Source: Octopus vulgaris
Taxonomy: Eukaryota
Length of the DNA: 64,000 bases
Assembly (NCBI GenBank): GCA_951406725.2
Contig: OX597814.1
Location: 15,128,001 to 15,192,000 of the forward strand
Reading direction: 5' to 3'
Positions 56,425-64,000 of the stretch are shown here, one piece after another. Each line of letters starts with the position of its first letter. Position 1 is the stretch's first letter. The position numbers were made by a program, and so were the translations under genes. Below the pieces are notes generated by a model. It was given only the letters and a program-made list of their open reading frames with translations. It had not been told where the DNA came from and made no database searches.

Positions 56425-57427
56425 AATTTTATAATGAGCCTTCTAGTGTGGGTAAGAAAAATATGTGTTGAATGCGATTCGAAACCTGAACATTTAAGCC
56501 GTTTCTCTGTTGTAGGTAAGTTAGACTCCTGCAAATCTGTAGCCTGTTATTTCAAACTTCATTTCATCTATTTCATCTAATGTATTGCACATATTAGAGT
56601 CTCTGGGAGAAATAGCTGTTAATTCTCACTTGTAATGACTTGTTCACCTACGTCCAAATATGTGATACAATCACACGATCAAAACCGACGACAAAATTAA
56701 TAATACAAAAGTGTTTTTAAACGTACACTGTGACTGTGACCGAACGACTCTAATGTACTTTTTTCTAGCTATTTACTGCATCTATTAATTACAAAAAAGA
56801 TTGCATTTTCCCATGACATATAATTCATTTCCAAACCTGAGAAACTACAAACCTTTTGAAAAACAATTTTGTTTTACTTTACGTCAGAACTACTGATCTT
56901 TATTCAAATGATTGCCTGAATTGTTTTCTCTAGATAAATTAAACTGATGTTTACACTGAATAAATTAGCTCGATTGTTACCCAGGTTAAATCAGTATGGT
57001 GTTTTCGCTAGTTTATAATATCATATAAATATTTATGTTGGCCCATTTAGTTATTTTCACGTTAATGGTATATATTATTGCTTCTGTCTCTCTGTCTCCA
57101 TTTAAGTGTTTATTAATCGTAAAGTGATACCGTATTTTGCTCATAATAAACTGCATAGGTCATAAACTTTGAGAATATGTCCTGGTAATGAGTTACTGTG
57201 TTACTGGATGATATACTACTTCCAAACTAAAAATCAACGTGAGTGGCTAAAATCAGTCATTCATCACCATCCCCCACCAACACATAGTCTCTCTCTTTCT
57301 CTCCTTCAGTTTAACCTTCTTTTATGTTTTATTTATCTACCTATGTATCTATGCATATCTGTCTATGTTTATATGTATTTCTCCATGTATATCTATGTAT
57401 AATCTGTTCAACGCCTCTCTCTCTTTC

Positions 57428-57710
<283 letters not shown>

Positions 57711-58199
57711 GTTTCCATTACTCTCCGTCATACACATTTTACACGCTCATAGTCTTTCTTGGTGGTAATCCATTAAATAAAACTGCAGCTTATATGGAAA
57801 ATGTCAAGTTTTTCCCCAGAGAAGGCGATGAATTACGTGACTTATAGAAACATTTAATCACATTTTGTGTTCATATACAAACCGACGTTTTTACTCATAG
57901 GCAATAGATATAAAAAGAGACAATATTGTAATTAAAACTGCTCCATTTTATTGTATGAAGAAGATTTGTTTTTTAACTTAACGATATTTGTTTAAGTTTG
58001 TGTGTTGTGTGTGAAGAAAGAAAAAGGAGATTTTTGGACTGATTACACACTAGTAATCACTTATGTTCCTTTCTCATGTCAACTTAAATTTAGCGTTGAA
58101 ATTGCTTTACATTCCCTAGTGACTGTGGAACCATTAAAAGTCCCGTTCAATCATATTCAACAAATTATGTGTCTTTGCCAACAGAAGAAACCTATATAT

Positions 58200-58250
<51 letters not shown>

Positions 58251-58877
58251 TATATGTACATACATACATACATATATATATATATAATATTTAATTAAAG
58301 TCTATCCCTATAGAAACGCAAGCGATTAGAAATGCACAGCAACATCATGCACTATCGACGGCTGTAGAGCGGGTCGAGATAAAAGAACATAGAAATGGGT
58401 CCTCATATTAAGTTCTGTAGCTGTAGGGCATGAGCTAAAAATCTGATAGATTTAAATTTCCATCTTGGCGTAAGCGATAAAATAATTGTTGTTTTTCTGA
58501 AGTTGGTATGACCAATTGTACCGAAAAAAGATTGAAATAGCTAATCTAAACTGCAGTCTATGTATGGACCTGTAATTAAAATGTTCCCTTTACAGGCTTC
58601 TGATTCCGATATTAGTTTGGAGAATATTGGGAAAGTGCCTTTTACCATCAATATATAGAGAAACCTAATGAATGAAATTAAGCGGACGAAGACCACGCAA
58701 AACTCCATTGGTTTGGACTTCGTAATTTCGCCTCCCCGTTTTACTCGGGTGATGGATCTAATATTCTGTAAAAGCTATACAATACAGCTGCTAAGTTGCC
58801 CTTATTTACTGCCAGAGACACGGGAAAAGTTTTGTTTAATTTTTCGTAATAAAACAAAATTACTGAATGATTAAATT

Positions 58878-59160
58878 GTTGTTTGTTCCTTCTCTAGCCA
58901 TACCTGGCTCATAAGGGCCGGTTTCTCGATTTCATTGGCGTATAGGTTTCTCACCTGGACGGGACGCCGGTGAGCTGCCAGATGCACGAGGAAAGTATGA
59001 GAGAAAGTTGTGGCGGAAGTGTCAATAGTAGTTCGCCATTACCGCCTGCCAGACCCGCGTGGAGCTTAGGTGTTTCGCTCATAAACACACACATTACCCG
59101 GTCTGAGATTTGAACCTACGATCGCAAATTCGCTGCTCTAACCACTAGGCCATGTGCCTC
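58878..59160 (-). mobile_element. SINE family B, short-tail variant
   Basis: Reverse complement of the 22836-23139 type. Confidence 0.85.
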
Positions 59161-59419
59161 AACGAATGTATTAATACATAAAATAATTAATACTTTAGCT
59201 TTCAAAACTGGCGACAAACGGTCAGTTATCTGTTGTAAAAATATCACTTTATTTTTCAATATTGACTTCAAATCGCACAGTACATTTCTTTGGTAATGTA
59301 GCATTATAAAGGGTGACAGCGGGGAAATTTCAATCCATTTCATTACAGTTACTTTACTAATACTTAAAAATCGATATCATCTTACTTTCGTAAACCTTAG
59401 CACATTGAAACCAATACGA

Positions 59420-59883
59420 TGCACAAGTCCACCGGAAAGCTCATAATGATCCTTAGATGTAAGAATAGCATCTATAACCACGGGATTCCTGCTGGTCAGA
59501 CAGTCAACAAAGAGTACTTTCTTGGGGCTTTGAGGGAGTTCCAGAAGAGATTTAGTCACAAAAAGCTAGAGCACTTCCATTCGAGTCGGTGGCGCCTACA
59601 CCAGGACAATGTACCAGTTCCCAAACGATCCAGGGAACCAACTACGTGACAGAGACGCACATCACAATTGTCCCTCGGTCTCCCTACAGTCCAGATCTTG
59701 CTCCATGCGACACCCTGACGTTTTGAACATATTGAGAAGATGAAGGAGACTGTAACAAGGGTCCTGGTCACCTTCATTTTGGAAGACTTCCATGGAGTCT
59801 TCACGAAGAGACAGTCTGTGATCTTTTGAAATTAATAAATATCTCTCCTGAACAGATTCAAAACTTCTGGAATTCACCTTGTA
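59420..59883 (+). mobile_element. Mariner remnant (catalytic region and right end)
   Basis: IPAGQTVNKEYFLGALR...WRLHQDNVPV; ccctacagtccagatcttgctccatgcgac = PYSPDLAPCD. Confidence 0.85.
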
Positions 59884-60600
59884 TACGATTGAAAGCTACA
59901 TTCGGTTTATATTCTTAAAGAATGAGAAAATAGTATCTACTTACAACCGCTGAAAATATGCCCAGTGGACCTAATATTTTTATTGCTAAAACTGAAATAC
60001 TAATGTGTTTCCCGATATTTTCATCTTTAAAAAATCGTTCATGCATAACTTATTCTAAATGTTATTGTCAATCAGATACTTTGTGGGGCGAGTAAATTTC
60101 CCTTCCCTTGATAGAATTTAATATAATTATAAGTGATAATGAGTAGACAAGAAATATTAATCATTCAAACATCGTTTAGAACAACAACATTAGATGTGAA
60201 GAAGCCTTTATATTCATATAAAGCAATAATTATGAATTTTGATGGATTTCTTACTACATCATTTTTTAAGCGTATCTCAGTGAAATGTACTTCTAACGTA
60301 TGCGTTGCTATTAATTGCTATTCAGAGATTTCCAAGCTACCAAGGGAAACAAAATCACATATTTTCCTAAGATGATTATACATTTATCATTTGTTATTAC
60401 TTTATAACTTGGAAATGAAGAGACTTTAGATCAAAATGCCGACAGGCCTGTTAATTGGAAATTCGTTTTATATTGCTTCATTGACAAAGGTGTAATTTTA
60501 TCCCAGTCAGAATATCGCTCACTCTGCATGTGTGGCTGTCTGCCTGTGTGGTTGTCGACGTCTGTCTGTATGTATGTATGTCTTCCTCTCTGTGTGTATG

Positions 60601-61790
<1,190 letters not shown>

Positions 61791-61936
61791 TTTCTATTTT
61801 TAATCTCTATTTTATATATATTTTAAAGTTACTTTTATGTTTATATTATTTCTTTAATTCTTCTTTTTATTCTTCCATAATTTTTCTTAAGATTGCGGAT
61901 AGTAAATTCCTTGAATTTCTCACCAACACCTTAATT

Positions 61937-62196
61937 CAGTGCTACTCAAAGCATTGGTTGCGAACAGGTACCGGTTCGCGAACCATCAGCTGCCGGTATG
62001 CCGCAAGTTTCCAAAAAAGAAAGAAACATTATAGGTTACAAAATAAATATAAGATTAAAAAATTGTTAACATTTATTATATTCATTATATATATTATTTC
62101 CTGTATAAATTAGTATTACTAAGAAATATTACCGGTCCCTGGCACATTGGGAAAAAAAATGCCGGTACGACACATTAGATAGTTTGAGAAACACTG
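61937..62196. mobile_element. hAT-type MITE (260 bp)
   Basis: TIRs cagtgctactcaaa / tttgagaaacactg; 8-bp TSD ccttaatt / ccttaaat (7 of 8 match). Confidence 0.82.
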
Positions 62197-63689
62197 CCTT
62201 AAATGATATGAAACAACACGTCTTTATTTTTATTGACAAACTTTTATCTAGTCTCGGTCTTACATACTTTGTATATGCAGGAAAAGCGAAAACTTTTGCG
62301 TATACTTGGAGATGAACTGTTGGTGTAACCAATATATTCTGATAATTTAATTTAATGATTTAACGTTCTTCATTTGCATTGATTTGTGCTTGCCTAATAG
62401 TCTTGTGTAATGCCGAGCAGGCATATTAATGTAACCATGTAAGCATAAACTCTTCCACACTGACACTGTTACTATACGAGAAGGCTGTCAAACGGCTGTA
62501 ATCCTAAGGTTGTTAAGTGGTTCAATAAATATATTCACCATTCATACTTGTTATGGCTTATATATATAACATGGTTTTATCTGTTTGGGTTATTGTGTTA
62601 AGACCACTGAGAAGAAAAGTAGTCGTAAAATTAGCACAGCGTAAGAAAATATTTTAGAAAACGATGACAGCAATAAACGGCCGTCCATTCTCGTTCTAGA
62701 GTCCTCTTGAGAATATATTTTTTTCTTAGTGCTGCTCATTATATTCCTATATCCTGAGTAAGGTGTATTAACAAGAACGATAAAAGACGGCAATACTATT
62801 GATAGTGATCGCAGTAGTGAAATACAATAAAAAATACGACACAGGATTATAAAAATATCTACAATATAAGCAAAATCAAGAGGGAAACGAATATAAAAAT
62901 AAGAGAAACATGAGACTAAAATATTGCAAATGGATAGATAAATGATTGGGGAAATAGATAGGATAGTAGACGATAGCAGACGATAGTACACTTAAAGGTA
63001 TTAAAATAGAAATACACTTAAAATATGCAGATATATAAAGGGAAGAACGTGGACTGGAAAGTGCTTGAACTTGGGCTGCAGAAGTACACGAACGTTTTCA
63101 TGCACACACATGCATACGTACACAAAGCACACTACCACATACACATACATACACACATATGTACAAATATACATAGATACATTCACATCAAGCATGATTA
63201 TTATACAGATAGATACTTGCGTATACATACACGCACTAGTGCGTTCCGTCTGCGCGTTGTGCCATTTGATTTTCGAATCCAAACCTAGAAGAAAGTACTG
63301 ATGTGCATGTTCTTCAAATTGTCGATACAATTTCTTGACAGCAGCCCCTCACAACATTATGAACATTTTCCGGTTCAAAACGCAGATTATCAGAACAAAC
63401 ACTAGCACTGACTACTTCCCAAAAACCCACACCAGCGCACACACTAGCTCTGACCAGTTCCCAGCACCTACAGCACCTACACCATCATCCACACACCTAC
63501 CCATGCACACACGCACACATCAAAGTCACCAGCCCCCTTCCACACGAACATGCACGCTCTCACATACACACGCACGCGCACCTTCATTTTAGGACCACCA
63601 TTACTTTATTATCTCCCCTTCTTCCTATCTCTCCTCTGTGACCCCTCTGTCCTGCATTCGCTAGCATAGATTGCTAGTCACTAAACCTT

Positions 63690-63844
63690 TTCTATTTTCT
63701 CTCTGTTAATTTCAGGTTTCCTTTCTGTGGAAGAGCGTAGGGTCGAAACGTAAAAGACTTTCTCACTTTCCGAGCGTTAAACTAATACATCTGTTTGTTG
63801 TTTACACACCCATCTTCGTCTTTTATTTTTTTCGTAAACTCTAC

Positions 63845-63848
<4 letters not shown>
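63690..63848 (+). mobile_element. Penelope-like terminal fragment with hammerhead-like motif (second copy)
   Basis: cttt-ctgtgga-agagcgtagggtc-gaaacgta-aaag; homologous to 25895-26046; ends against (TA)n. Confidence 0.55.
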
Positions 63849-63894
<46 letters not shown>

Positions 63895-64000
63895 TGAGAG
63901 AGAGAGACATAGAGAGAGTCTCAGATGAACCTACCTCGCCGCAGGAGGCGCAAATGATGGCAGCGACATCACACTCCCTTATTGACCAAATGCCACATAT

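Noticed and set aside
62590-62991. 133-aa hydrophobic minus-strand ORF
   Set aside because: Hydrophobicity is explained by a T-rich strand; no family motif or clear splice sites.

Overview
AT-rich, repeat-dense animal genomic DNA with no prokaryotic features. The SINE families and the very heavy (TA)n/(AAT)n/(CA)n load suggest a coleoid cephalopod, probably Octopus (inference). The only host gene supported is a minus-strand two-pore-domain (K2P/TWiK-family) potassium channel. Two spliceable coding exons are visible: 24668-24433 (end of P1 GYG plus M2, not in the ORF track) and 20747-20310 (M3, P2 GFG, M4, stop). No earlier exon was found in the remaining ~39 kb. The rest is transposon landscape: tandem non-autonomous Helitrons, two near-full-length copies of one mariner plus two other mariner remnants, restriction-like-endonuclease LINEs (R4/Dong-like) beside (AAT)n tracts, a CR1-like RT fragment, a hAT fossil and MITE, a tiny solo LTR, at least three tRNA-derived SINE families, and several hairpins. 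The most unusual element occurs twice: a tRNA-like Pol III head, an (AAT)n spacer and a minimal hammerhead-ribozyme motif, preceded by an inverted copy of its own 3' end. It is a candidate SINE mobilised by Penelope-like elements. All coordinates and alignments were read by eye; no database searches were run.
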